A stretch of 64,000 nt of DNA from Isurus oxyrinchus (taxonomy: Eukaryota). The stretch lies in NCBI GenBank assembly GCA_026770705.1, contig JANJGN010000646.1, positions 124,001 to 188,000 on the forward strand, given 5' to 3'. Positions 49,331 to 63,414 of this stretch are shown here, piece by piece; within the stretch, counting starts at the first letter, position 1, and every line of letters begins with the position of its first letter. The notes under the pieces are model-generated. The model made no database searches. It was not told the DNA's origin and worked only from the letters and a program-made list of their open reading frames with translations. The translations under genes and the position numbers were made by a program.

Positions 49331-50624
49331 GGTAATTTCTCAATTATGCCTGGTGGTCCTTTTAACTCAGAGCTGAGAGTTGCAGAGAATCGAGCACACA
49401 TCCTGAACTGACACTTGCAGTGCAAGTACTGGGAGCGCGCTGGTCATTATCATGCTGCTGTCTGTGGGATCTTACTGTGCGCCAATGGCTGGTTCTTTTC
49501 CCACAGTACATCAGTGACCTCACATGAAAGAAAAAAAGCACTTGATTGTCTGCGAAACACTTTGGGACGTCCTGATGTGTTGGAAGGCGCTAGAGAAATG
49601 CAAGTCCTCTTTGTCTTTCACTCGATCCTCTAAGGTGTCTGTTGATTAACCAGCCTCTCGGTGTTTGATGTAGGCCTGGTTATAAACAGTTAGAAGGATC
49701 AAATATCAAAAGTGCTTTGGCTGACAGTCAAACCGATTGTGCATTCGGAGAGATTAGATATGGTCTGCACACAATGACTCCAGTCTCTGGCACTGACTGC
49801 CGCCTGGGGTCTCCCTTCCACATAACACTCACAACTTGCATTTACACAGCGCCTCTGACATTGCAAAATGTCCCAGCCCACATTACCGGAGCGTAAATCA
49901 GAGAGAAGTCTAACACTGAGTCACATATGGAGATATTAGGGTTAGGTGACCAAAAGCTTGGTCAAAGATGTCAGTTTTTAAGGAGCGTCTTAAAGGAGAG
50001 AGAGAGAGAGAGAGGCAGAGAGGTTAAGGGAGGGTATTCCGGAGCTCAGGGCCCCAGGCAGCTGAAGGCACGGCCACCAATGGTGGAGCGATGGGAATCA
50101 GGGGGACCCGGGAGATGCAGTAATGTCAGAGATTTTGGAGGAACATCGGGACCGGAGGAGGTGTTCTCCTGCTCCATATCTCTCTCTCTCTTCCTCTCAT
50201 CCACTCCTCCTCTCCCTGTCTCTCTCTCTCCTACTCTTCCTCTCAATTGCCCTCTCTCCCAATCTTTCTCTCCTCTCTCCCCTGTCTCCTTCTCCCACTC
50301 TGTATCTCTCCCTCTCTCTCACACTATTTTTGTAACTTTTGCTCACTCTGTAACTCTCCCTTTCCTGTTAATTTCTCTCTCTTGGACAATCTCTCTTCCC
50401 TTTTCACTTTCCCTCACTCTGCATCTCTTCTTTAATTTCTCCCTCTGTCACTCTCTCCCACCTATGTTCTTTCCCTTTCACCCCTCCCCGTCCCACTCTG
50501 TGTCTCTCTCTTCCAATCCCTCCCTCCCCCATTCCATCCCTCTCTCCGACTCTCGACTCCCAGCCTCTCTTTAACCCACTCCCAGGCTGGATCAGTCTCC
50601 CTCTCACTATTCCCGGCGTGGGTT

Positions 50625-52977
50625 ACATTTAAAATTCCTGTGGGGATATGTTCACTTCCTTGGAATTGCCTCTTCCCAGCTTTGCAAAAAAAGGGGGGGC
50701 GGGGGGGGCTCGATTTCAAACATGCCTCCTGAGTATAACCGAGACAGACTGCCACTGAAATCAGCTTGAAATCAGAAAACTTTCTGTGGAAGAAACGAGC
50801 AGGGAGAAACCTTAAAATAAGGAATGAATTTCCACCTACCGTGTCCGGGGAATCCACAGATTTCTCAATCGTCGAAGAACCTAAAGCAGTGTCAACCTGC
50901 AAAAAGAAAGAATTTATCAGGGAGAAAGTGAGAGGAGGATTGAGGGAGAGGGAGAGAGAGAGAGAGAGGTACAGGAGAGAGAGGGGGAGGAGGACAGACT
51001 TGCATTTCTCTAACGCCTTTCACCACATCCCAAAGCATTTCACAGCCACTGAAGGATGTTTTTGAAGTGCACTCACACTGTAGGAAATGTGGCAGCTGAT
51101 TTGTGCACAGCAAGATCCCACAAATAGCAATGTGATCATGGCCTAGATCATCTGTTTTTGGTGATGTTGGGTGAGGGATAAATATTGGTGCCAGGACACC
51201 GGGGAGAACTCCCCCTGCTCTTCCTCCAAATAGTGGCTGTGGGATCTTTCACACCCGCCCGAGAGGGCAGACGGGGAACTCAGTTTAATGTCTCATTCAA
51301 CATTGTTGTGCTCCCTCAGTACTAACCCTTTGACACTGCAGCACTCCCTTAGTATTAACCCTTCGATAGTGCTGCGCTCCCTCAGTACTGTCCCTCCGTC
51401 AGTGCAGCGCTACCTCAGTACTGACCCTCCGACAGTGCAACACTTCCACAGTACTGACCCTGTAACAATGCAGCACTTCCTCAGTACTGACCTCCGACAG
51501 TATAGCACTCATTCAGTACTGTCCCTCCAATAGTGCAACACTTCCACACTACTGACCCTCTGACAGTGCAGCACTCCCTCAGCACGGAGTGTTGACCGAC
51601 GTTATGGGACTGAATTCCCTGGAGTGAGACTCAGACCAGAGATTTAGGTAGGGTTGTTCCGGCTGGAGGAGGTTACAGAGATAGGGAGGGTTGTAGAGGC
51701 TGTAGGAGATAACAGAGATAGGGAGGGTTCTAGAGGCTGCAGGAGGTTACAGAGATAGGGAGGGTTGTAGGGGCTGTAGGAGGTTACAGAGATAGGGAGG
51801 TGAGTAGGGGCTGTAGGAGGTTAAAGAGATGGGGGGGTTGTGGGGGCTGGAGGAGGTTACAGATGTAGGGAGGGTTGTAGAGGCTGGAGGAGGTTACCAA
51901 AATAGATACTGTTGTAGGGGCCACAGTAGGTTACAGAGATAGGGAGAGTTATAGTGTGGAGAGGACGTTATAGAGTTCATGAGCATTGTAGGGGCTGGAG
52001 GAGGTTACAGTGATTCTGAGTGTCGTGGGGCCTGGAGGAGGTTACAGAGATAGGGAGGGTTGTAGGGTCTGGAGGAGGTTACAGAGATAGGGAGGGTTGT
52101 AGGGTCTGGAGCAGGTTACAGAGATAGGGAGGGTTGTAGGGTCTAGAGGAGGTTACAGTGATCATGAGGGTTGTGGGGCCTGGGGGAGGTTACAGAGATA
52201 GGTAGGGTTGTAGGTGCTGGAGGAGGTTACAGAGATAGGGAGGGTTGTAGGATCTGGAGGAGGTTACAGTGATCGTGAGAGTTGTGGGGCCTGGGGGAGG
52301 TTACAGAGATAGGGAGTGTTGTGGGGACTGTAGGAGGTTACATAGATAGGGAGGGTTGTCGGGTCTGGAGGAGGTTACAGAGATAGGGAGGGTTATAGGG
52401 ACTGGAGGAGGTTACAGAGATAGGGAGGGTTGTAGAGACTGTAGGATGTTACAGAGATAGGGATTGTTGTAGGGGCTGGAGGATGTTACAGAGATAGGGA
52501 GGGTTGTAGGGGCTGGAGGAGGTTACAGAGATAGGGAGGGGTGTAGGGGCTGGAGGAGGTTACAGAGATAGGGAGGGTTGTAAGGCCTGGTGGAGGTTAC
52601 AGAGATAGGGAGGGTTGTAGGGGCTGGAGGAGTTTACAGAGATAGGGAGGGTTGTATGGGCTGGAGGAGGTTACAGAGATAGGGAGTCGCTGAGGAGGGA
52701 TTGAAAACAAGAATGAGAATTTCAGGGGAAACGACAGAAGGAAATGATGTTAAATTCATAGAGGGCGACAATATTAAAGGCACGAACATAATATCAAACT
52801 GCGGAAGAGACCAGTCTATCTGGGTGGTAGACGTAGAGTCATGTGCAAGAAACACCTCACCCAGAGGGACATCTCTTAGCTTAACCTCGACAAGGAGAAG
52901 AAGTGACTCAGCTGCAGGGAGAGCAGCAAAGTCAGAGTGAACAAGACAAGTCGCCATTTCATCTGGGAGCTTCCCAT
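50625..52977 (-). pseudogene. Candidate decayed 3-exon secreted prepropeptide gene (exons 52977-52861, 50896-50840, 50754-~50625)
   Basis: Signal-peptide-like MGSSQMKWRLVLFTLTLLLSLQLSH; three GT-AG-bounded phase-0 exons; LRRHV* resembling a furin RxxR site with CGA>TGA; two in-frame stops. Confidence 0.42.
51660..52686. repeat. ~38-bp minisatellite, reverse orientation
   Basis: ggaggttacagagatagggagggttgtaggggctgga repeats. Confidence 0.92.
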
Positions 52978-53654
52978 CTCTGCCTGTCTCTTCTGATCTT
53001 CTGGCTCTGCTTTGATGCTTTGGTTTGTAACTAGAGGAGCTTCCTGCTCTTATACCTGAAACACTTGAAGGGGACAGCCGCGGGTGGGTAGCTGTGTGGT
53101 ATCACACCCATTTCTGGATATTGCAGTGTCGATGTTCCCTGTCCCACTGGCCTGGGACCAGCAGTAAGGTCACTGGGACATTGACTGTCTGGCGCCGAGA
53201 ACTATCAGTCCCTCCGCAACGCCCTTCACCTTGTGCAAATATGTGTTCATATTGATGCAACACAACATAGCAAAAACATAGGGGCTGGTTCTTATGTCGG
53301 CAAATCAGGTGAAGCGCACGCCCCCTAACCCCTTACTCCTCTCATTGCTCCTCCTTCCTGCCAGACACTTACTATTTTACAAATTGTGTGCATTGCTTTT
53401 ATTTCGGACAAGGGGCCTCGAGGGGGAACTGATTTACGCTGAGGTTTAGGGGTTAACAGCCATGTCATGTGTTGATCGGTCAGTGTTTACCATGTGGAGA
53501 CTGTCTGTCACCAGCTTTGTTAATGGTTTATCCAGGAACATTGAAGGGCATGAACGTTCTTGCTTTGTATGGAACAAGTTACCAACTGGGTTCAGTCATC
53601 GACTCAGACTCACATCAACATAAAATGGCTTCTGACAGGTAAGTTTCTATTACA

Positions 53655-54262
53655 TAAGGGTAGGAGGAGGCCATTTGGCCCCTCGAGCCTGCTCCACCAT
53701 TCAATGAGATCATGGCTGATCTGCAAACTAGCCCCATATGCCTTTGTCCCATCTCCTTTAATACCTTTGGATAACAAAAATCTATCAGTCTCACAGGTTT
53801 AAAATGAACAACTTGATCGTGCATCAGTTTCCTGTTTGGGGAAGAGAGTTCCAAATTTCTCCCACCCTTTGTACTTCCTAATTTAATTCCTTTTTAGGCT
53901 CTGACCCCGAGTCCCAGACTCCCCCCAACCAGGGGAAATGGTTTCTCTTTATCGCCCCCAATCTGTTCCCCTTAATATCATGCGAACTTTCATCAAATCT
54001 CCTGCTTAACATTCTAACTTCCAGGGAATACAAGCCGAGTTTGTGTTTAATCTCTCCTTGTGATTTAACCCTTGGAGTCCCGGTCTCATTCTGGTAAACT
54101 GACACTGCTCTCCCTCCGAGGTCAATATATCCTTCCTAAGGTGTGGGGCCCAGAATGTCTCACAGTGACTCCAGGTGTGGTCTAGCCAGGGCTTTATGTA
54201 GACTGAAGCATGACCTCTGCCCCCTTATATTCTAATCCGTGAGATAGAAAGGGCAGAGTTCC
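53655..54262 (-). mobile_element. CR1 LINE 3' fragment
   Basis: KLGLYSLEVR motif and CR1 3' tail. Confidence 0.75.
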
Positions 54263-56049
54263 AGAATTGTTGTGTTTATTCGACAACAGAATAACAGAGG
54301 AAGGTTTCCTCTCTGCCCTCTTCAGCCCCACTGGGAAGGTCAGGATGAGAAGGTTGGGCTGGGTCCCCTGTACTGGACACTCGCTGAATCTTCCAATGAT
54401 AGTTCTGGGCTGGATTTCAAAACGCATAGACAAGGATTCAGTGTTCCATCACATTCTGCCTTTGTCTCTTTTCCTCTCGTTCTCTTTCTCTACCATCCTC
54501 TCTCTCTATCTATCTATCTTTCTCCTCATTCTCTCCTGCTTCATCTCTATCACTTTCTTTCTACTTCTTTGTGTGTCTCTGTCTGTCTCTCTCTCTCACT
54601 CTTTCTTTCCTTGTCCTTATCTCTTTCAGTGTCTCCCTCTTTCTCTCTCTCTCTCTCTCTCTAAATGTGACCCTCTCTAACAGTTTGGCCCAGTACTCTT
54701 ATTTCCCTGTTTTACTGGTGTTCCATTTGAAGGTATACAAGACCAGATCAGACCAGAATGTTTATTTTCCAGTGTTTACTGTGTTTTTTTCATTCTGGGT
54801 GTCTCTCGACTCTGTCTGTCCCTCTCTGTCCTTTTATTTCATTCTTTCATGTGATGTGGACATCACTGCCCAGGCCAGCATTTATTGCCCAACCCTAATT
54901 GCCCTTGTTCAGAGGCCACTTTTTAAAAGTGAACCACATTGCTGTGGGTCTGGAGTCACATGTAGGCCAGACCAGGTAAGGACAGCAGATTTCCCTCCCT
55001 AAAGGGCATTTGTGACCCAAATACAAGAATCAGCAATGGTTTCCTGGTCATCATCGGACTTTTAATTCCAGGTTTTTATTGAGTTCAAATTCCACCAACT
55101 GCTGTGGTGGGATTCTAACCAGGGTCCCAGGAGCATTACACTGGGTCTCTGGATTACTGGTCCAGTGAAAATACCATCAGGCCAACACCTCCCCACTCTT
55201 CCCTTCCACCATCTTTCACACTTGTTCTCTCTCTCTCTCACTCTCCTTCTCTCTTCTCCCTCTCTCAGTCTCTGTCTGTCTCTCAATCTCTCTATCGCTC
55301 TCTCTCTCCCTGTCGCTCTCTCTCTGACTGTCTCCCTCCCTATATCTGTAACCTCCTCTCTCTGTCCCTTTCCTCCAGCCCCTACAACCCTCCCTATCTC
55401 TGTAACCTCCACCAGCCCCTACAATCCTCCCCATCTCTGTAACCTCCTCCACCTCCCACAACCCTCCCTATATCTGTAACCTCCTCCACAAGCCCATACA
55501 ATCCTCCCTATCCCTGTAACAACCTCCAGCCCGACAACACCCCTATACATGTCACCTCCTCTAGCCACTGTAACCCTAATAATCTCCCAAGCCTCCACCA
55601 GCCTTGACAATCCTGCCCATCTCTGTAACCACCTTCAACCCCTACACCCCTCCCTATACCTGTAACCTCCTCCAGCCCCTGTAACCCTCCCTATCCCTTG
55701 AAGGGTTCTCAAAATTCCCACATTTTCCATATCATCAACAAGGATATCACTTTTGCACCTTTAAACTGCTAAGTGGAAAACCCTGCAGACAGGAGGCTGG
55801 GCCCATGAAGGCCTGGGGCTGCACATGTCCGGGCTTATTGAGAGCAGTGTGGAATGTTTGGCCTGAAACCAGACAACGAGAGGAGACAGAATACGCATTC
55901 TTCCCTTTAATACAATCAACCCAGAGAAAGACTTCACTTCACACGCAACTGAAGCCCATCTAAATCTTGCATCAGTAATCGCTCCTAACTTCTGAGGCCG
56001 GCAATTTAATTATGCGAACCCATCAATACTCCACACATACAATGGCTTT

Positions 56050-57290
56050 CACAATCTCTCTCTATCACACTCCTGTGCTCTCTCTCTCTCTCTCACACAC
56101 ACACATTCTCTTTCTAACACTCACAATCTCTCTCTATCACACTCTTCTGCTCTATCTCTCTCTCACACACACACACATTCTCTCTCTAACACTCACAATC
56201 TCTCTCTATCACACTCTTCTGCTCTATCTCTCTCTCTCACACACACACATTCTCTCTCTAACACTCACAATCTCTCTCTATCACACTCTTCTGCTCTGTC
56301 TCTCTCTCACACACACACATTCTCTCTCTAACACTCACAATCTCTCTCTATCGCACTCTACTGCTCTCTCTCTCTCTCTCACAAACACAATCTCTCTCTA
56401 TCACACTCCTCTGCTCTATCTCTCTCTCTCACACACACACATTCTCTCTCTAACACTCACAATCTCTCTCTAAAACACTCCTCTGCTCTATCTCTCTCAC
56501 ACACACACACACATTCTCTCTCTAACACTCACAATCTCTCTCTATCGCACTCTTCTGCTCTCTCTCTCTCTCTCACACACACACATTCTCTCTCCAACAC
56601 TCACAATCTCTCTCTATCGCACTCTTCTGCTCTATATCTCTCTCACACACACATTCTCTCTCTAACACTCACAATCTCTCTCTATCACACTCTTCTGCTC
56701 TATCTCTCTCTCACACACACACACATTCTCTCTCTAACACTCACAATCTCTCTCTATCACACTCTTCTGCTCTCTCTCTCTCACACACACACATTCTCTC
56801 TCTAACACTCACAATCTCTCTCTATCGCACTCTTCTGCTCTATCTCTCTCTCTCTCACACACACATTCTCTCTGTCTCCCTCCCTCAAATACATTCTCTC
56901 TCTCTCTCAGACACAAACACTCTCTCACACACTCACACACTTTCCCTAAAACTAACACAATCTCTCTTTCTGTCAAGCACACACTCTCTCTCACACACAC
57001 ACACTCTCTCTCTCAGACACACACATTCTCTCTCTCTCAAACATTTAACATTTCTCTTCATCTCGATCTTCTGCTGTCTCTCTCTTTCTCTCCCTCGCAC
57101 ACACACACACTCTCTGTCACAAACACACGCTCTCTCCCACACACTCTCTCTCACACATTCTCACATGCACACTCTCTCCCTCATATACAAACACTCTCCC
57201 TCACACATGCACACACTCTCTCTATCTCTTTTTCTCTCTCACACAGTCTCTCTGTCTCTCTCTCTCTCTCAGACACTCTCTCTCTCTCTG
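56050..57290. repeat. CT/CA-rich ~62-bp tandem repeat and low-complexity tract
   Basis: aacactcacaatctctctctatcacactc unit recurs. Confidence 0.9.
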
Positions 57291-58607
57291 ATAAAGAATG
57301 TTTTAAGACCTGCTCATGATTTCAGCTCAAAACTCAGGTAGATTCTCCCCAGTGAGGGAGTGGTGAGGGAGTGCTGCACTGTCAGAGGATCAGTACTGAG
57401 GGCATGCTGCACTGTCAGAGGGTAAGTACTGAGGGAGTGCTGCACTGTCGGAGGATCAGTACTGAACACAATGTCCATTCAGAACAGCTCGGTCCCCGAT
57501 CAGAGAAACAGCCTCAGACAGAACCAACTGACGCTGGAATCCATACAATTCATCAACGTGTTGGGAGTTAGTTTGATGTCGGAGATGGAGTGTTACTGGG
57601 AAGGAGGGAACCCGTCAGGATGAACAGCTCGATGTACGATAAGGAAAGGATGAGCTAAGAGGGGTTGGCCACGGACAGACGGAGCATGTGAAGACTCAAC
57701 AACCTAATGGCAGGTGAAGAGCTGGAAAGGTGTCTTTTCAACACAAGGTTTAGACACAGATCTCGATGTTTGATCGGGTATTTCAAACCAGAGAAACTCT
57801 TTACAGGGTGAATGGACCTTGTCAATAATCCATCCAGCCAACCTCGCCTGGAGATTAGTTCCATATTAGACACTAAACCGAGTCCCCCGTCTGCCCTCTC
57901 GGGCGGGTGTGAAAGATCCCACAGCCACTATTTGGTGGAAGAGCAGGGGGGAGTTCTCCCCGGTGTCCTGGCACCAATATTTATCCCTCAACCAACATCA
58001 CCAAAAACAGATGATCACATTGCTGTTTGTGGGAGCTTGCTGTGCGCTAATTGGCTGCTGCGTTTCCTACATTACAACAGTAACCACACTTCGAAAAAAG
58101 GGTGAACTCTGTTGTAAAGTGTTCTGGGACATCCAGAGACCATGCTGTACAGAAGAGATTTGACAGGAGCAGCAAGTGTTTTACTTACAGGAGAATGAGT
58201 CCCCAGGGTTGTAGAGTCAATCCTGTCAGATGAATGTCTAACTGGAGACACTTCAGGGAGCTGATCTCATTCTGGAAATGTTCAGTTTACCAGGATCGGA
58301 GGAGAGATGATCTTCCTCTCCTGACTGCATCGGACACGAGGTGAACTGGCTCTGGGAGGAGGGTCAGTGTTAACCCAGTTTTTCTGTGTTTGAGGGAGAT
58401 GTGAAACTGGGGAAGTCACGTGGTTTTTTGGTGTGGTCACTCCATGTCTTTATTTGGTGCAGCACTCATTTAGTTCATGTCGTTGTTTCAATGCTACAAA
58501 ACCACAACGCATTCTGGACTATTTCTGCCTGACCTGCTGTCAGATACACACAGTCTGACAGAGAGGCGGAAAAGTGATCCCTAGCAACGTGTGAAACTGT
58601 GAACTCG

Positions 58608-61600
58608 NNNNNNNNNNNNNNNNNNNNNNNNNNNNNNNNNNNNNNNNNNNNNNNNNNNNNNNNNNNNNNNNNNNNNNNNNNNNNNNNNNNNNNNNNNNNN
58701 NNNNNNNNNNNNNNNNNNNNNNNNNNNNNNNNNNNNNNNNNNNNNNNNNNNNNNNNNNNNNNNNNNNNNNNNNNNNNNNNNNNNNNNNNNTCAAACACAC
58801 ACTCTTTTGCACAAACACTCTCACGCACACACATGCACACACACACGCACACAAACGCACAAACTCACTCACACACAAACCCTCACACACACAGACACAA
58901 ACATTAGCACACACACACACACACACTCACACATGCACACATACTCTCAAACACACACTGTTTTGCACAAACACTTTCTCTTTCACACACACACATACAC
59001 ACACACTCTCTCTCTCACACACATGTTCTCTCTCACTCCCTGTCTCAAACACACAATCTCCCCCTCCCTCAAACACTCACACCATCTCTTTCTCGCACAC
59101 TCCCTCTCTCAAACACACACACCCTCTTTCTCAAACACACACACACACCATCTCACACACACACTCTCACATACACAAACACTCTCTCACAGACACACAC
59201 TCTCTTTTGCACACACACTATCTCACACGCACATTCTCTCTATCTTTCTCTCTCACACATAAATTCTCTCTGACTCTCACAGACGTTCTCTTTCTCTCAC
59301 ACACACTCTCTCTCTCACACACACAAGCTACCTCCCTCTCTCATGCACACACACTCTACCTCTCTTTTGCTCTCTCACACATACACACTCTCAGTCTCTC
59401 ACACATACATTGTCTCTCTCTCTCACATAAACGCACTCTCTCTCTCTGAGATGGAAGGTTGGGATTTTGAGACCGTCTCAAGGTTTCAGCTTAAAATGCG
59501 GACGGACTCTTCCCAGTGAGGGAGTGCTGCACTGTTGGAGGGTCAGTACTGAGGGAGTGCTGCACGTCCAGAGGGTCGGTACTGAGGGAGAGCTGCACTC
59601 CCAGAGGGTCAGTGCTGAGGGAGTGCTGCACTCCCAGAGGGTCAATACTGAAGGAGTGCTGCACTCTCAAAGGGTCAATGCTGAGGGAGTGCTGCACTGT
59701 CAGAGTGTGGGCACTGAGGGAATGCTGCTCTGTCAGACCTGCCATATTTCAGATGACATTTGAAATTAGCAACATGCCTCATGTATAATTATATATCATC
59801 AGCTCAAAATAAATAGATTATTCCTGTACGTTTCACTTTACTGTAAATTGTTTGCAGTTTCATTTCCTTAGAAACCAGGCTTGTGTGATCACTATTTTTA
59901 AATAACGTTAATAATAAAGATGCAACAATCCACACGCACACATGTACACACACACACACACACTCACTCACAAGGGTACATAGACACACACTCACNNNNN
60001 NNNNNNNNNNNNNNNNNNNNNNNNNNNNNNNNNNNNNNNNNNNNNNNNNNNNNNNNNNNNNNNNNNNNNNNNNNNNNNNNNNNNNNNNNNNNNNNNNNNN
60101 NNNNNNNNNNNNNNNNNNNNNNNNNNNNNNNNNNNNNNTTAGAGCCCAATAAAAATTTAAAAGAATATATGATTAATACAATTGCTTGTCTTTGAGGTGT
60201 AGATTGTTGACGTTTGCAGCTGATCAAGGTTAATTGGTTTCCTGTGGCATCCTGGTGGTGATTTGATTCAGATTTGCACTTTGTTGAAGATGCGCTGTTA
60301 GCTTCAGAAAGAGAGAGAGAGAGAGAGAGAATTTCTGCTCTTTTCCAGCAGTGTTTTTGAGTGACTGCCATCTTTCTTTTTCCTCCTACTTTCTCTTATA
60401 TCTGCTTGACAGAACCTGTTGTTAAACTCCTGTCTGTATATTCCCAAAGGGAATTCGATCAGCATGTCTTGCATTCATTGTTACAGACCAAGTAATCCCT
60501 TTTTTGATCTTTGCATCTCTGAAACATTTGATGCATTTCAAGATATAAATCAACAGGAGATGAAGGCATTTCATCCTCCACAAGAGGTTTTGAATGACTG
60601 ATGAATATCTGCATGGTGAGCAGTTCCCATTAGCTTGATAGACCTACAGTGATCAGAGTCCAGCGCTTTGCATTTTTAATGGAGCCCCTGTTTCAGGTGG
60701 ACCCTGACACACCTCAGTGAGAACTTTCATGCAACATGTCTGTAGTGCAATTCATTTGAAGCTTTCCAGAGAAGTGATCAAGTTTGCAGTATCAGCAATC
60801 AGGTGACTCGTGACAGCCATTTTTGATCAATGCCTAATCTTGTACTTTTGAAAAACAGGTCTCCTTTAAACAGTTCAATACATTTTTGGCTCATTGGTTA
60901 AGTTGAAGGAAGCTCTGTTATGACATAACAGATGGTAAATGCTGAGCTGTTCAAATCCTGGAGGGAAACTTGAAACAACTGTCACAACTAATTTCCAACT
61001 TGTATGTTTTGAGATGTGGGCTTTGAATTCAGTAGTAATGAGATTAAGATATTTAAGAGGTAATTATGGTTGGTTGAAAAAAAGGGTTTAAAATATAATT
61101 TCCCCCAAATGCAATTTCCAAAGCAAGTCTCTTTGATTGTTAAGAATGAACCAATTAAACCACGTTTGGTGGAGTCAAAGAAAGAGTAAGTTTATTAGTT
61201 ACCTAACTGGAGGAAAAATAATTAAAATGGGACAAAACACACACACAAATGCACACATACACACACACACACACAAACGCACATACACACAGATAGGTGC
61301 ACAGACATACACACACAGACAGATACACACAGACAGGCTCACATGCACAGACAGACAAATGCACACACACAGNNNNNNNNNNNNNNNNNNNNNNNNNNNN
61401 NNNNNNNNNNNNNNNNNNNNNNNNNNNNNNNNNNNNNNNNNNNNNNNNNNNNNNNNNNNNNNNNNNNNNNNNNNNNNNNNNNNNNNNNNNNNNNNNNNNN
61501 NNNNNNNNNNNNNNNNNNNNNNNATAATTATAGAGTCCAATAAAAAATTAAAAGAGTTGTTTGCTTGTACTACAACGTAGGCTGTGAAGTTTGAAGCTGT

Positions 61601-62692
61601 TTTAAATTAGTTGGTTTTCTGTAGATTCCTGTATTTTATCTGGCTCAGACTTGCACATTGTTGAAGACATTCTGTTAGCTTCAGACAGAGAGAGAGAGAG
61701 GGAGAAATCATTTCTGCTCTTTTCCAGCAGTGTTTGTGGAAGACTGCCATATTTCTTTTTCCCCTCCTTTCTCTTATATCTGCTTGGCAGAACCATTTGT
61801 TAAACTCCTGTCTGTATATCCCTGAAGTCAATTCGATCAGCATGTTTTGCATTCATTGTTATAGACCAAGTATTCCCATTTTTTTATCTTTGCATCTCTG
61901 AAACCTTTGATGCATTTCAAGATATAAATCAACAGGAGACGGGGGTATTGTATCCTCCACAGGGGGTTTTGAATGGTTGATGATTATCTGCTTGGTGAGC
62001 AGTTCCCAATGTTTTGATTGAACTACAGCTGATCAAAGTCCAGCACTTTACATTTTAATGCCTTCCTTTTAAGAGTGTCTCTATTTGAAGTGGACCCTGA
62101 CACACCCCAGGCGTGAACTTCCATGCAACAGGTCTGCAGTGCAATTCATTTGAACCTTTCCAGAGAAGTGATCAACTTCACAGTATCAGCAATCAGGTGA
62201 CTTGTGTCAGCCATTTTTGATCTGTGTACAATCTTGTATTTCTTTGAAAAACAGGTCGCTTTGAGACAGTTCAATATGTCTTTGGTCTCTTAGTTAAGTT
62301 GTAGGAAGCTCTTAATCGCAGTTTGTTGTCATTGGGATATTGTCTTTGTGTGTGTGTTTGTGTGTGTGAGTGAGTGTGTGAGTGAATGTGTGTGTGTGAG
62401 TGAATGTGTGTGTGTGTGTGAATGTGTGTTTTTGTGTCTGTCTGNNNNNNNNNNNNNNNNNNNNNNNNNNNNNNNNNNNNNNNNNNNNNNNNNNNNNNNN
62501 NNNNNNNNNNNNNNNNNNNNNNNNNNNNNNNNNNNNNNNNNNNNNNNNNNNNNNNNNNNNNNNNNNNNNNNNNNNNNNNNNNNNNNNNNNNNNNNNNNNN
62601 NNNNNNNNNNNNNNNNNNNNNNNNNNNNNNNNNNNNNNNNNNNNNNNNNNNNNNNNNNNNNNNNNNNNNNNNNNNNNNNNNNNNNNNNNNNN
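58608..62692. other. Four N runs (58608-58790, 59996-60138, 61373-61523, 62445-62692)
   Basis: Gaps or masking, each adjoining CA/GT microsatellite sequence. Confidence 0.95.
60139..62310. repeat. Diverged ~780-bp direct duplication (60139-60920 versus ~61530-62310)
   Basis: Collinear shared blocks such as ctcttttccagcagtgttt and gcatttcaagatataaatcaacaggaga. Confidence 0.85.
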
Positions 62693-63414
62693 ACAGAGTG
62701 AAACCTCCTTGAGTCTGGCCACTGTGTTTAACATTTAAGGCACACAGACAGGATGTGGTTAAAAGGTGAAACCACAAGGAGTGAGTGACTTTCTCAGTGA
62801 CTGTCTCTCTGTGGGTTTCCTGTGGGTTTCTATGAACTGCCTGTGGTTTTAAAAAAAATCTTCCAACCCCACATGCACGGCATCAAATAAGGATTTGGAA
62901 GCTGCAGCTCAGAGAGTAACTAGTCCCCCGAGAATTCACAGCCCCTCAAACACAGATTAACAGCATTAATCCTGACCGTCAGCCCACTCACTCATTGCCT
63001 CTTGTCTCAGACACTAGAAAGTGGAAGTTAAGGCCGGATTTTCACTCCCGGGTCGGGGGTCACAGAGACGGCAGGAAAAAATAACAAAATATGTCTCGAG
63101 CACACAGAGCTCCAAGGGAAGGGTCGTGCTGCAGCTAAGGTGTGAGACATGGCACATTCCCCGGATGCAGCATTGAGGCTTGTATGTCTACACAGCTGAT
63201 GTAGGTGCACATGGAACACATGTGAATGAGCACTGTGATGCACACACACCCTGGAGAGTAATATCCCTCCATGCACTACATATCAGGCTAACATCAACTC
63301 ATGTTGTCATTGCTGACCAACAGGGTTGAAGCAGGTCACAGAGACGGCTGCGTCTGGGGTTGGGCCAGCCTCCCTGAGACTCACCGTCCTAACATTTGAT
63401 TGGATCACGTCCGA

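Noticed and set aside
52634-52957. ORF-track 107-aa minus ORF (MATCLVH...)
   Set aside because: Runs into minisatellite; the overlapping signal-peptide frame is more plausible
54267-59450. Hydrophobic or His/Thr-rich ORFs
   Set aside because: Derived from CT/CA microsatellites and N gaps
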